Origin: Candidatus Latescibacterota bacterium
GTDB lineage: Bacteria > JAAXHH01
DNA length: 64,000 bases
Assembly (NCBI GenBank): GCA_022823465.1
Contig: JAJEHX010000038.1
Coordinates: forward strand, 103,493 to 167,492
Direction: 5' to 3'
Of this stretch, positions 47,546-56,583 are shown one piece after another. Under the pieces are notes generated by a model. That model searched no databases. It saw only the letters and a list, made by a program, of their open reading frames with translations, and was not told the origin of the DNA. Position numbers and translations under genes: made by a program. Every line of letters begins with the position of its first letter. Positions within the stretch are counted from its first letter, which is position 1.

Positions 47546-48276
47546 AACTCGAGCATTTCGAAGGTCCTCTCGACCTCCTGCTGTTTCTGATCAGGGAACA
47601 CGAGGTCGATATCTACGATATTCCCATCTCGCTGGTCACGCAGCAGTACCTGCAGTACCTCGAATTGCTCAAGCTGCTGGACCTCGAGGTGGGCAGCGAG
47701 TACCTGCTCATGGCGGCCACGCTGCTTCGCATCAAGTCCAAACTGCTCCTGCCCCGCAGGCCCGAAGAGGACGATGAAGAGGCCGCCGACCCGCGGGAAG
47801 AACTCGTGCAGCGGTTGCTGGAGTACCGGCAGTTCAAGGAAGCGGCGGGCGTGTTGAATGAACACCAGGACCGTAACGCCGATGTCTTCTACCATCCTCC
47901 CGTGGAGAACTGGGACGAGGATATGAACGGCGTGGAGACGCTTGATACCCGCCTGGCGGGAAACCTGAATCTCTGGGACCTGCTTCAGGCGTTCAAGTTC
48001 ACGCTGGACCGCGCGAAAGACGATTTCGACCGTACCGTCGAGCGGGAGACCATTTCGATCGAGGACCGGATGGAAAACATCCTCGACAGCCTGAGGAGCA
48101 GGAAGAACCTGTTCTTCAGTTCCCTGTTCCAGGAGGACCTCTCCCGGTCGTTTCTGATCATCACCTTCCTGGCCCTGCTGGAACTTATCCGGCAGAACCG
48201 GGTGGTTTTCGAGCAGACCGATACGCTGGGGGAGATCTGGCTGACCCTGTCCGATTCGGTGAATTCCTCGTCGTGA
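47530..48276 (+). CDS. scpA: Segregation and condensation protein A
   Basis: [41 protein letters not shown] is a textbook ScpA N-terminus. Confidence 0.9.
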   Translation: [248 protein letters not shown]

Positions 48277-48289
48277 GGCAGGAGGCGGG

Positions 48290-48964
48290 ATGCAAAAGCG
48301 GCTGGTCATGGACGAGGCGCAACTGGACGAGTACCGCGCGATCACGGAGGCCGTGCTCCTGGCCAGCGATGCGCCGCTGAGCCTGAAGGAACTCAGCCGC
48401 ATCATGGACGACGCGGGCGAGGAATTGATCGGCCGCTGCATAGAGGCGTTGAACGAGAAGTATGAGCAGGGCGGCCACGGCTTCGAGGTCCGGCACGTGG
48501 CGAATGGCTACCAGTTCAGCAGCAAGGCGGCCTACGCGAAATGGATTCGCCGGCTGTACCGCGGGAGGATCCCCGCCCGTCTGACGCAGGCTGCCCTGGA
48601 GTGCCTGGCGATCGTCGCCTACAAGCAGCCCATCAGCCGGACGGAGGTGGAAGCGATCAGGGGCGTGAACGTGGACGGCGTGCTGAGGACCCTGCTCGAC
48701 CGCAATCTCATCCGGATTGCCGGGAGAGGCGAAGGCGTCGGCCGGCCGATCCTCTATGCGACGACGGGCGATTTTCTCAGGTATTTCGGGCTCAACGAGC
48801 TCTCGGACCTGCCCAAGCTGGACGAACTGAACGAACTGTTGAAGGACCAGGATATCGTACTGACGGAAGAGGAGGAAGAGCCGGACCCGGCTTTGTTCCG
48901 GACACCGGCACGGCCGGTTGCCGAAAGGGACGAAAAGATCGCGTCGACCGATGAGACTGAATAG
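48290..48964 (+). CDS. scpB: Segregation and condensation protein B
   Basis: Two winged-helix ScpB repeats with an acidic tail, immediately after scpA. Confidence 0.85.
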   Translation: MQKRLVMDEAQLDEYRAITEAVLLASDAPLSLKELSRIMDDAGEELIGRCIEALNEKYEQGGHGFEVRHVANGYQFSSKAAYAKWIRRLYRGRIPARLTQAALECLAIVAYKQPISRTEVEAIRGVNVDGVLRTLLDRNLIRIAGRGEGVGRPILYATTGDFLRYFGLNELSDLPKLDELNELLKDQDIVLTEEEEEPDPALFRTPARPVAERDEKIASTDETE

Positions 48965-49673
48965 ATACCTGGCCCAGGCGGGCGTCGCCTCGCGGAGGCG
49001 CAGCGAATCGATGATCGAGTCCGGCCGCGTGAAACTCAACGGCGCGACGGTCCTTTCCCTGGCCACGCAGGTCCGGCCCGGAACCGATGTCGTGATGGTA
49101 GATGACCGGCCGCTGGACTCGCCTGGCGCCAGAAGGTGCTACCTGCTCAACAAGCCGGCCGGGTACCTGACCACGATGCACGACCCTTTCGACAGACCGA
49201 CGGTCGCCGCGTTGATCCGGGATATTCCGGAGCGCGTCTTCCCGGTTGGACGGCTGGACCGGGATACGGAGGGTCTTTTGCTTTTCACCAACGACGGCGC
49301 GTTGGGTTACAGGCTGATGCATCCCCGTTTCCGTTTCGAGAAGGAATACCATGTGCTGGTGAAGGGCGTGCCGCGGGAAGGCACGCTGAGCAGGCTCAGG
49401 GAAGGCGTTACAATCGAAGGCAGGACCACGGCGAAGGCCGGCGTCGACGTGCTCAGGCAAACGGAAACCGGTGCCTGGCTTTCGATGGTGCTGCACGAGG
49501 GACGCAAGCGTCAGATTCGCAGGATGTGCGACCGCGTCGGGCATCCGGTGCGTCGGCTGATCCGGGTGCGCCTGGGCAGCCTGGTGGACCGGGAACTGCC
49601 CGCAGGGAAGTGGCGCGCGCTTACGGACGGCGAACTCAAGGAACTGGAACCGGAGGCTGGCGTGTCCGGTTAA
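48951..49673 (+). CDS. rluB: rRNA pseudouridine synthase (RsuA/RluB family) with S4 domain
   Basis: S4 domain (RLNRYLAQAGVASRR), catalytic VGRLDRDTEGLLLFTNDG, GRKRQIRRM. Confidence 0.85.
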   Translation: MRLNRYLAQAGVASRRRSESMIESGRVKLNGATVLSLATQVRPGTDVVMVDDRPLDSPGARRCYLLNKPAGYLTTMHDPFDRPTVAALIRDIPERVFPVGRLDRDTEGLLLFTNDGALGYRLMHPRFRFEKEYHVLVKGVPREGTLSRLREGVTIEGRTTAKAGVDVLRQTETGAWLSMVLHEGRKRQIRRMCDRVGHPVRRLIRVRLGSLVDRELPAGKWRALTDGELKELEPEAGVSG

Positions 49674-49747
49674 AGGACGTTTTTGTCAGGGCGGATTGAC
49701 GCCGCAGTGGCGACGGTCCGTGTTTTCATTCATCAAGGAGGAGGAAC

Positions 49748-51709
49748 ATGTCAGAGGACACACCGAAGGCTGCCGAGGTCGAGGAGACCGAGGTGTCTTC
49801 TTCACCCGCCGAGTCTGCGGAGGCGGCTAAAGAGGTATCCGCGGAATCACCCACGACAGAAGCCGAGGTTGCCGTGGAAGAGGAAGCCGCTGTCGAAACG
49901 GAAACCGCCGTGGCGACAGAGACGGCCGTCGAAACGGAACCCGCTCCTGCAAAGCGTCCGTACAGGCTGCCCAAGTGGGTGGATGAGCAGGACCTGAACC
50001 AGCAGGAACTCGAAGAATACGAGCAGATGTTCCAGATGTACGACGAGACCCTGAAGGATATCGTCGAAGGCGAGATCGTATCCGGCCACGTGCTCGCGAT
50101 TGAGAACGGCGAAGTCGTCATCGACGTCGGGTTCAAGTCGGAAGGCGCCATACCCCTTTCCGAATTCACCGATCCCGATGAGATCGAAGTCGGCCAGGAA
50201 ATCGAGGTGTTCCTGGAAGACATCGAAGCCCAGGAAGGGCAGCTCATACTGTCGAAGCAAAAAGCCGATTTCATGAAGGTCTGGGACAAGATCAAGGACG
50301 CTCACGAAGAAGGCGCCGTGGTGGAAGGCCAGATACAGCGGCGTATCAAGGGCGGACTGGTCGTCGACCTCTTCGGCGTGGACGCCTTTCTTCCCGGTTC
50401 CCAGGTGGCATTGAAGCAGACGCCGAACCTGGATCAGTTCATCGGGGAGAAGCTGCCGTTCAAGATCATCAAGCTGAACAAGAGCCGCCGGAACATCGTG
50501 GTATCCCGCCGCGTGGTGCTCGAGGTCGAAAAGGAGAAGCAGAAGCAGGCCATCATCGCCGAACTCGACCGCGGCCAGGTCCGCAAGGGCGTGGTCAAGA
50601 ACATCACGGATTTCGGCGCTTTCGTGGACCTGGGCGGCATCGACGGATTGTTGCACATTACGGATATCTCATGGGGACGCATCGGCCATCCCTCGGAACT
50701 GGTGACGATCGGCAGCGAGATTACCGTGGCCATCCTGGAATTCGACCGCGAACGGGAACGCATTTCGCTCGGTCTCAAGCAGCTCGAGCCCTACCCGTGG
50801 GCGAACGTCGAAGAGAAATACCCGGTTGATTCGAGAATAACGGGGCGGGTCGTCAGCATCACGGACTACGGCGCCTTCGTGGAACTCGAGCGGGGCGTCG
50901 AAGGGCTGATTCACATCTCCGAAATGTCCTGGACGAAGCACGTGACTCATCCGTCGAAGATGGTAACGGTCAATGAGAACGTGGACGTGGTCGTCCTGAA
51001 GGTGGATCAGCAGAACGAGAAGATCTCCCTGGGCATGAAGCAGACGCAGCCCGATCCGTGGCTGTCGCTGAACGAACGGTATACCGTGGGCACCATGGTC
51101 CGGGGGCGCGTGCGCAACATCACCGCTTTCGGCGCCTTCGTGGAGATCGAAGAAGGCATCGACGGACTGGTCCATATTTCCGACATGTCCTGGACGCGGC
51201 GCATCAAGCACCCGAGCGAAGTCGTCAAGAAGGGTGAAGAGATCGACGTCATGGTCCTCAACATCGATCCCGATGCCCGGCGCGTATCCCTCGGCATCAA
51301 GCAGGTCACCGAGGATCCGTGGCTGTCGCTCGCCGAGGTCTACCCGGTAAACACCGAGACGACGGGGGTCATCATCCGTCTCCTCGAACGGGGCGTGGTC
51401 GTCGAACTCTCGCACGAGGTGGAGGGTTTCGTTCCCATTTCCCAGCTCAACCACCCGGAAATCAAGCGACCGGGCGACGCCTTCAAGGAAGGTGAGGAGA
51501 TCCCGCTCAAGGTCATCGAATTCGATGGCAAGAACCGGCGGGTCGTGCTCAGCGTAAAGGCCTACTTCCGCGACCGCGAGCGGGCCGAAATCGACGACTA
51601 CCTGAACAGGCACCCCGTGGCGGGTACCGTGATCGGCGACGTCGTGACCGTGGAAGAGGACGTCAACGAAGAAGAAGTAGTCGAAAAGGCGGAGGAGTCG
51701 GACGGTTGA
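49748..51709 (+). CDS. rpsA: 30S ribosomal protein S1 (six S1 domains) with acidic N-terminal extension
   Basis: Repeated S1 OB-fold motifs (GxV..I..fGaFV.l..g..GLvHiS). Confidence 0.9.
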   Translation: MSEDTPKAAEVEETEVSSSPAESAEAAKEVSAESPTTEAEVAVEEEAAVETETAVATETAVETEPAPAKRPYRLPKWVDEQDLNQQELEEYEQMFQMYDETLKDIVEGEIVSGHVLAIENGEVVIDVGFKSEGAIPLSEFTDPDEIEVGQEIEVFLEDIEAQEGQLILSKQKADFMKVWDKIKDAHEEGAVVEGQIQRRIKGGLVVDLFGVDAFLPGSQVALKQTPNLDQFIGEKLPFKIIKLNKSRRNIVVSRRVVLEVEKEKQKQAIIAELDRGQVRKGVVKNITDFGAFVDLGGIDGLLHITDISWGRIGHPSELVTIGSEITVAILEFDRERERISLGLKQLEPYPWANVEEKYPVDSRITGRVVSITDYGAFVELERGVEGLIHISEMSWTKHVTHPSKMVTVNENVDVVVLKVDQQNEKISLGMKQTQPDPWLSLNERYTVGTMVRGRVRNITAFGAFVEIEEGIDGLVHISDMSWTRRIKHPSEVVKKGEEIDVMVLNIDPDARRVSLGIKQVTEDPWLSLAEVYPVNTETTGVIIRLLERGVVVELSHEVEGFVPISQLNHPEIKRPGDAFKEGEEIPLKVIEFDGKNRRVVLSVKAYFRDRERAEIDDYLNRHPVAGTVIGDVVTVEEDVNEEEVVEKAEESDG

Positions 51710-51745
51710 CCGCCGCCGCGTGGCCGGCAGGACCGGAGTTTCAAC

Positions 51746-53215
51746 GTGACTGAACCGGCCAGGCCGACCGCAACCTGCGCAACGGAAGCTCCGACGGTAG
51801 CCCTGCATACGCTGGGCTGCCGTCTGAATCAATACGAGACCGAGGCCATCCGCGAGCAGTTCGTCTCACGGGGCTTTCGTGTCGTACCCTTCACCGCACC
51901 CGCGGACGTCTACGTCGTCAATACCTGCACGGTGACGAACCAGGCCGATGCGCGGGCCCGGCGGTCCCTCCGCCAGGCCGTGCGGCGAAGGCCCGGCGCC
52001 ACCGTCGTGGCCACGGGCTGCTACGCCCAGACCCATCCCGGCGAGCTCCTGGAGATCGAAGGCGTGGACCTCGTCCTGGGCAACGTGGAGAAGGGCGACC
52101 TCGTCGAACACGTGTTGCGTGAGCGCGGGCGCCCCCATCCCGTGTCCAGCGTGACGCGCAGGGCGGAGATGACGCGCTTCGACGAGCGCCTCGACGTCTC
52201 CACCTTCGAAAACCGCACCCGGGCCATGCTCAAGATCCAGGACGGATGCGATCAGTTCTGCTCCTTCTGCATCATACCCTGGGCCCGGGGTCGGCACCGC
52301 AGCCTGCCCGTGGACGCCGTGCTCCGCCAGGCCCGTTCCCTCATAGACAGGGGATACGCCGAGGTCGTCCTGACAGGCGTCCACCTCGGCGAGTACGGTT
52401 CGGACCTGCCCGTGCCCGTTACCCTGAACACGGTCGTCAGGCAGCTCCTGGAGCGGACCGCGCTACCCCGCCTGAGACTGAGTTCCATCTGGCCCACGGC
52501 CGTGGACCAGGACCTCATCGACCTGCTCCGGGCCCATGCGCCCAGGTTCTGCCGGTACCTGCACCTGGCCGTGCAGCACGGTGACGACGGCCTGTTGAAA
52601 GCCATGCGCAGGACCTATACGGCCGGACAGGCCGGGGACGTCGTCGGCCGGCTCGTCGACGCGGTACCGGAAATTTGTATCGGTGCGGATATCATGGTAG
52701 GGTTTCCGGGGGAAACCGACGCCTCCTTTCAGCGCATGTACGACTGGCTGGACCGCCTGCCCTTCGCCTATTTCCACGTATTTACCTATTCGAAGCGGGA
52801 CCACACCAAGGCTGCCCGGATGCCGGACCAGGTGCCCGCGCCCGTCGCCCGGGAGCGAAGCCGGCTGCTTCGCACCTTGAGCGATCGGAAATCGGCGGCC
52901 TACAACAGCCGTTTCAGGGGCAGGATCCTGCCCGTACTGGTCGAGGATGAATCGGATGGCCCGCATGGCCCGCACGGTCCGCACGGCCGGGGCATGACGG
53001 GAAGGACGGACCATGGGCTCAGGATGTGGTTCGACGGCGACGCGCCACGGGCGGCACAGTCGGACCAGTCAGTCCAGGCGGTCCAGGCGGACCGGATGAA
53101 TACCTTTGTCGATGTGGAAGTGATCTCGACAGACGCCGAAGGCGCTGTCGGCCGGCTTTCCGAACACGCCGCCGGCCGCATTTCCGAACCCGCGCCATCC
53201 CTTGAAATGGATTGA
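51746..53215 (+). CDS. Radical-SAM methylthiotransferase, MiaB-like (MtaB/RimO family)
   Basis: UPF0004 N-domain Cys (LGCRLNQYE, VNTCTVT), radical SAM CDQFCSFC, TRAM-like C-terminus. The C-terminal tail contains a GPHGPHGPHG repeat (9-bp x3 at 52958-52987). Confidence 0.8.
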   Translation: MTEPARPTATCATEAPTVALHTLGCRLNQYETEAIREQFVSRGFRVVPFTAPADVYVVNTCTVTNQADARARRSLRQAVRRRPGATVVATGCYAQTHPGELLEIEGVDLVLGNVEKGDLVEHVLRERGRPHPVSSVTRRAEMTRFDERLDVSTFENRTRAMLKIQDGCDQFCSFCIIPWARGRHRSLPVDAVLRQARSLIDRGYAEVVLTGVHLGEYGSDLPVPVTLNTVVRQLLERTALPRLRLSSIWPTAVDQDLIDLLRAHAPRFCRYLHLAVQHGDDGLLKAMRRTYTAGQAGDVVGRLVDAVPEICIGADIMVGFPGETDASFQRMYDWLDRLPFAYFHVFTYSKRDHTKAARMPDQVPAPVARERSRLLRTLSDRKSAAYNSRFRGRILPVLVEDESDGPHGPHGPHGRGMTGRTDHGLRMWFDGDAPRAAQSDQSVQAVQADRMNTFVDVEVISTDAEGAVGRLSEHAAGRISEPAPSLEMD

Positions 53216-53258
53216 CACGTTTCGCGGCCGTCCGTTATATTGCGGGTGGTAATTTTGC

Positions 53259-53332
53259 GCGCCAGTAGCTCAGCTGGATAGAGCGACGGCCTCCGGAGCC
53301 GTAGGTCAGAGGTTCGAATCCTCTCTGGCGTA
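53259..53332 (+). tRNA. tRNA-Arg (anticodon CCG)
   Basis: Cloverleaf folded by hand: acceptor GCGCCAG/CTGGCGT, D-arm GCTC-AGCTGGATA-GAGC, anticodon arm ACGGC-CTCCGGA-GCCGT, T-arm AGAGG-TTCGAAT-CCTCT. Confidence 0.8.
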
Positions 53333-53344
53333 TACCACGTCGGA

Positions 53345-54193
53345 TCAGCCCTTCCCCTTTTCCTTGCCGTCTTCGTCTTCCTCGGCCAGGTAGAGTTCGT
53401 TTTTCAGCAGATAGCTGACCGTGGACGCATACCAGCGGGTTTCGCGAGGGACTGTGGAAGCCCGCTTGGTGGGAATGCCCAATTCATTGAGTTCATCGGC
53501 GATCTTGCGCAGGCTCCTGCCCTCCGCGCGCCAGTTCCTGACCCGCCTGATGATCTCCTGCTCCCTGGCGTTCGGGACCAGTTGGTTCCCGGAAAGGTCG
53601 TAACCATAGGGGGTTACGCCGTATGAGAACCGGTTGGTCTTCTTCAGGCGAATCGCGTTTTTCGTTCGTTCGGCGGGCAGGTCATGGGCCATGCCGGCCA
53701 GCACCGTGAGCGTGCGCATGACCACTTCGCCCGCTTCCTCGTCGGTCCGGACCGAGAGGCCGTCGAGGTCGAGCACGTGGCACACGACACCTGCGCAGGA
53801 CCAGGCCTTGAGGCAGCGGGACGTTTCCGACGCCGACCTGAACAGCCGGTCGAGGCGCCAGATCACGACATGCTGGATGCCCTTTGCTTCGACCATGTTG
53901 ACCAGGTCCCGGCCGCCCAGCCGTTCTTTAAGCGGAATGAACGCCTCGACCCGGACGTCGAGGACCACCAGCATGATATCGAGACCGTTTTCCGCGCAGT
54001 AAGCCCGAAGCCGCTTTTCCTGGTCGGCCTTGCGAAAGGGATGCTTTCGGGTCTCCATCGGACCGACCCTGATATAGCATACCGCCTTTTTCAACAGGCG
54101 CCTCCTCAGACGGTCTGAACCGTGCTGTCTGGTGTAGTCTACAGGACTAAACATATTTTGTGTCTTTTCGCGATCCAAGCACTTTTTCGGCAA
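53345..54193 (-). CDS. Serine recombinase (resolvase/invertase family) with C-terminal HTH, apparently catalytically degenerate (expected nucleophile Ser is Gly)
   Basis: Resolvase core LDIMLVVLDV...VVIWRLDRLFRS...AERTKNAIR and C-terminal HTH GRSLRKIADELNELGIPTKR. The expected YIRVS motif reads YIRVGP, with an insertion before the DQEK region. Lies 12 bp from the tRNA-Arg 3' end. Confidence 0.65.
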   Translation of the reverse strand: MPKKCLDREKTQNMFSPVDYTRQHGSDRLRRRLLKKAVCYIRVGPMETRKHPFRKADQEKRLRAYCAENGLDIMLVVLDVRVEAFIPLKERLGGRDLVNMVEAKGIQHVVIWRLDRLFRSASETSRCLKAWSCAGVVCHVLDLDGLSVRTDEEAGEVVMRTLTVLAGMAHDLPAERTKNAIRLKKTNRFSYGVTPYGYDLSGNQLVPNAREQEIIRRVRNWRAEGRSLRKIADELNELGIPTKRASTVPRETRWYASTVSYLLKNELYLAEEDEDGKEKGKG

Positions 54194-54232
54194 CGCCGGA
54201 AAGGAGCCGTGAATTGACGTAAAACTTTTTGC

Positions 54233-54310
54233 TTGCTTGGCTTAACATGCCCCCCTATATTAGAGCGGTGCTGCAGAAGTGGGCGAAGTAGTGCCCGCTT
54301 TTTTTATGTG
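54233..54310 (+). promoter_or_regulatory. Candidate sigma70-type promoter (TTGCTT-17bp-TATATT) and leader hairpin plus T-run upstream of rimP
   Basis: -35 TTGCTT at 54233-38, -10 TATATT at 54256-61. GGGC-GAAGTAGT-GCCC followed by TTTTTTT at about 54281-54309. NusA-operon leaders are often attenuated. Confidence 0.3.
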
Positions 54311-54339
54311 GTTTTCATGATGAATCGTGAAATTACGCG

Positions 54340-54822
54340 ATGGAAACTGACCGCGATTCGATTGTCCGGAACGTCTCGTCACTCGTCAGGCCGCTTGTTG
54401 ACGAAGCCGGGTTTGAATTGGTGGATATGGAGCTGGCGGGGAGACAGGGCAGTTACATCCTGAGACTGCTGATCGAAAAGCCGGGCGGCGTTACGATCAA
54501 CGACTGCGCGGCCATAAACCGCGAATTGTCCTCCCTGCTGGATATGGAAGACCCTATCCCGTCCCGCTATACGCTCGAAGTCTCGTCGCCCGGGCTGGAC
54601 CGGCCCTTCAAGACGGAGAGAGATTACCAGAGGGCCCTCGGCAAATGGGTCAAGGTGGTATCCGGCGACGGCGACGGCGGGTCGGTTACCCGAGTGGGGC
54701 GTCTCGAGGGTATCGAGGACGGTACGGTCGAGATCGTTTGCGGCGAAGAGAAGCATCGTATTCCTGTCGCGGGCATCAGGAAAGCCCACCGGGAATTGGA
54801 ACACGGATGGGATAAAGGTTAG
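54340..54822 (+). CDS. rimP: Ribosome maturation factor RimP
   Basis: Position immediately upstream of nusA. Conserved RimP N-domain (LVRPLVDEAGFELVDMEL...LRLLIEKPGGVTINDC). Confidence 0.85.
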   Translation: METDRDSIVRNVSSLVRPLVDEAGFELVDMELAGRQGSYILRLLIEKPGGVTINDCAAINRELSSLLDMEDPIPSRYTLEVSSPGLDRPFKTERDYQRALGKWVKVVSGDGDGGSVTRVGRLEGIEDGTVEIVCGEEKHRIPVAGIRKAHRELEHGWDKG

Positions 54823-54840
54823 GAGAGGGAGCCCCTGGTA

Positions 54841-56100
54841 ATGAATTACGAGGTTATTGAAGCGCTGGCGCAGATCATTCGAGAGAAGAACGTGGACCGG
54901 GATGTGGTCTGGGACACGGTGAAGACCGGCCTGATCACGGCGGCGAAGAAGCGATTCGGCACGGGCGACGACAACGTCGAGGTACGTATCGACGAAAAAC
55001 TGGGCACGATCGAGATGGCCGCGGTATGGGACGTAGTGGACGAGGTGGAGGATCCCGAGACGCAGATCAGCCTCGAAACCGCGCTGGACATAAGCCCGGA
55101 GGCTGAGCTCGGCGGCCGGGTCGAACAGGAGCTGGCCTTCGACGAGTTCGGGCGCAACGCGATACAGTCGGTGAAACAGGTCGTCGTGCAGCGTGTCCGG
55201 GAAGCGGAACGGGAAAACGTCTTCGAACTGTACAAGGACCGGGTCAACGAAATCGTGATCGGAAGCGTCCAGCAGGTGGACCGGGGCAATATCATCGTCA
55301 AGATCGAGCGCACCGAGGCGTTGCTTCCGTGGCGCGAGCAGATTCGAAGGGAAAGATACCGGCAGGGCGAGACCATTCGCGCCTTCATACTGGACGTGCA
55401 GAATGCGATAAAGGGCCCCCAGGTCATTCTTTCGCGAAGCTGCGAGGCTTTCCTGGAACTCCTCTTCAGGATGGAAGTGCCGGAGATCCACGAGGGCATC
55501 GTGGAAATCAAGGCGTCCGCGCGGGAACCGGGCGACCGGTCCAAGATCGCCGTCCTGTCCCACGATGACCGGGTGGACGCGGTGGGCGCGTGCGTGGGCA
55601 TGAAGGGTACGCGGGTACAGTCGGTCGTCCGCGAGCTCAACAACGAGCGGATCGACATCGTGCCGTGGAGCAACGATCCCTCCGCCTTCGTGACCCAAGC
55701 GTTGCGTCCCGCCGAGGTGGCCCAGGTCCAGATCCTGGACATAGAAAAGAAGGACATGCGCGTGGTGGTCGAGGACGATCAACTCTCGCTGGCCATTGGA
55801 AAGGCCGGACAGAATGCCCGGCTTGCCGTAAAGCTCACCGGATGGAATATCGATCTGATCAAACGGTCGGATCTCGAAAAGCAACTTATTTCCGAAACCT
55901 TCGGTTCGGAAGATTCCGATTCGGACGAAGATGGATCGCTCGCCGACGTGGAAGGCATTTCGGAGAAACTGCGGCAGAAGCTGGAAGACGCCGGCTACAC
56001 GACGGTGGAGTCCCTGCAGCAGGCCACGGCCGACGACCTCCAGGAAATCTCCGGCATCGGCGGGGTGACGGCCGGCAAGATCCTGACCGCGGTGCAGTAA
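54841..56100 (+). CDS. nusA: Transcription termination/antitermination factor NusA
   Basis: N-terminal domain, S1, KH1/KH2, and C-terminal HhH repeats. Confidence 0.9.
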   Translation: MNYEVIEALAQIIREKNVDRDVVWDTVKTGLITAAKKRFGTGDDNVEVRIDEKLGTIEMAAVWDVVDEVEDPETQISLETALDISPEAELGGRVEQELAFDEFGRNAIQSVKQVVVQRVREAERENVFELYKDRVNEIVIGSVQQVDRGNIIVKIERTEALLPWREQIRRERYRQGETIRAFILDVQNAIKGPQVILSRSCEAFLELLFRMEVPEIHEGIVEIKASAREPGDRSKIAVLSHDDRVDAVGACVGMKGTRVQSVVRELNNERIDIVPWSNDPSAFVTQALRPAEVAQVQILDIEKKDMRVVVEDDQLSLAIGKAGQNARLAVKLTGWNIDLIKRSDLEKQLISETFGSEDSDSDEDGSLADVEGISEKLRQKLEDAGYTTVESLQQATADDLQEISGIGGVTAGKILTAVQ

Positions 56101-56142
56101 AAGCGGTGCGATAGGCGCGGTAAGCGCAAAGGACATGCAGTC

Positions 56143-56484
56143 TTGACGAAAAGCGTACATCCGTCCGTGACGGGACTCCTGGGTCTTGCCGTGCGCGCAG
56201 GCCAGGTAAAGGGGGGAACGGAAGCCGTAAAGAAATCCATTCACGGCGGCAAGTCCCGGCTGGTCATCCTGGCCGAGGATGCCTCCGAGGGTACGAAACG
56301 ATCATTCAGGAGACTGGCTGGTTCCCATGGCGTTCCAGTGCTGGAATGCCATACCAGCCTGGAATTGGGCACCTGTCTGAACAGGGCCCCTAAAGTGGTA
56401 TTGTCCATATCGGACCGGCATTTCGCGAGCGGCATGCTGAAAAAGGCAGGTCCGGCGGGTCCGGCGAGTCCGGCATGTGACTAG
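56143..56484 (+). CDS. L7Ae-family RNA-binding protein (YlxQ-like) of the nusA-infB operon. TTG start.
   Basis: GLLGLAVRAGQVKGGTEAVKKSIHGGKSRLVILAEDAS matches the L7Ae/YlxQ fold. Position between nusA and infB. Confidence 0.65.
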   Translation: MTKSVHPSVTGLLGLAVRAGQVKGGTEAVKKSIHGGKSRLVILAEDASEGTKRSFRRLAGSHGVPVLECHTSLELGTCLNRAPKVVLSISDRHFASGMLKKAGPAGPASPACD

Positions 56485-56583
56485 ACCGGCCCAGGCCAAA
56501 CGGGACCGGGCCAGGTCGACCTGAGCCAGGCCGGGCCAAGCTGACCGGGACATCCGGCACGAACAGAGGATAGATATTCGCGT

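Noticed and set aside
53345-54193. Considered annotating a complete integrative mobile element at the tRNA-Arg site
   Set aside because: There are no cargo genes, no second att-like repeat of the tRNA 3' end, and conserved housekeeping genes start immediately. Only the lone, apparently inactive recombinase is supportable.
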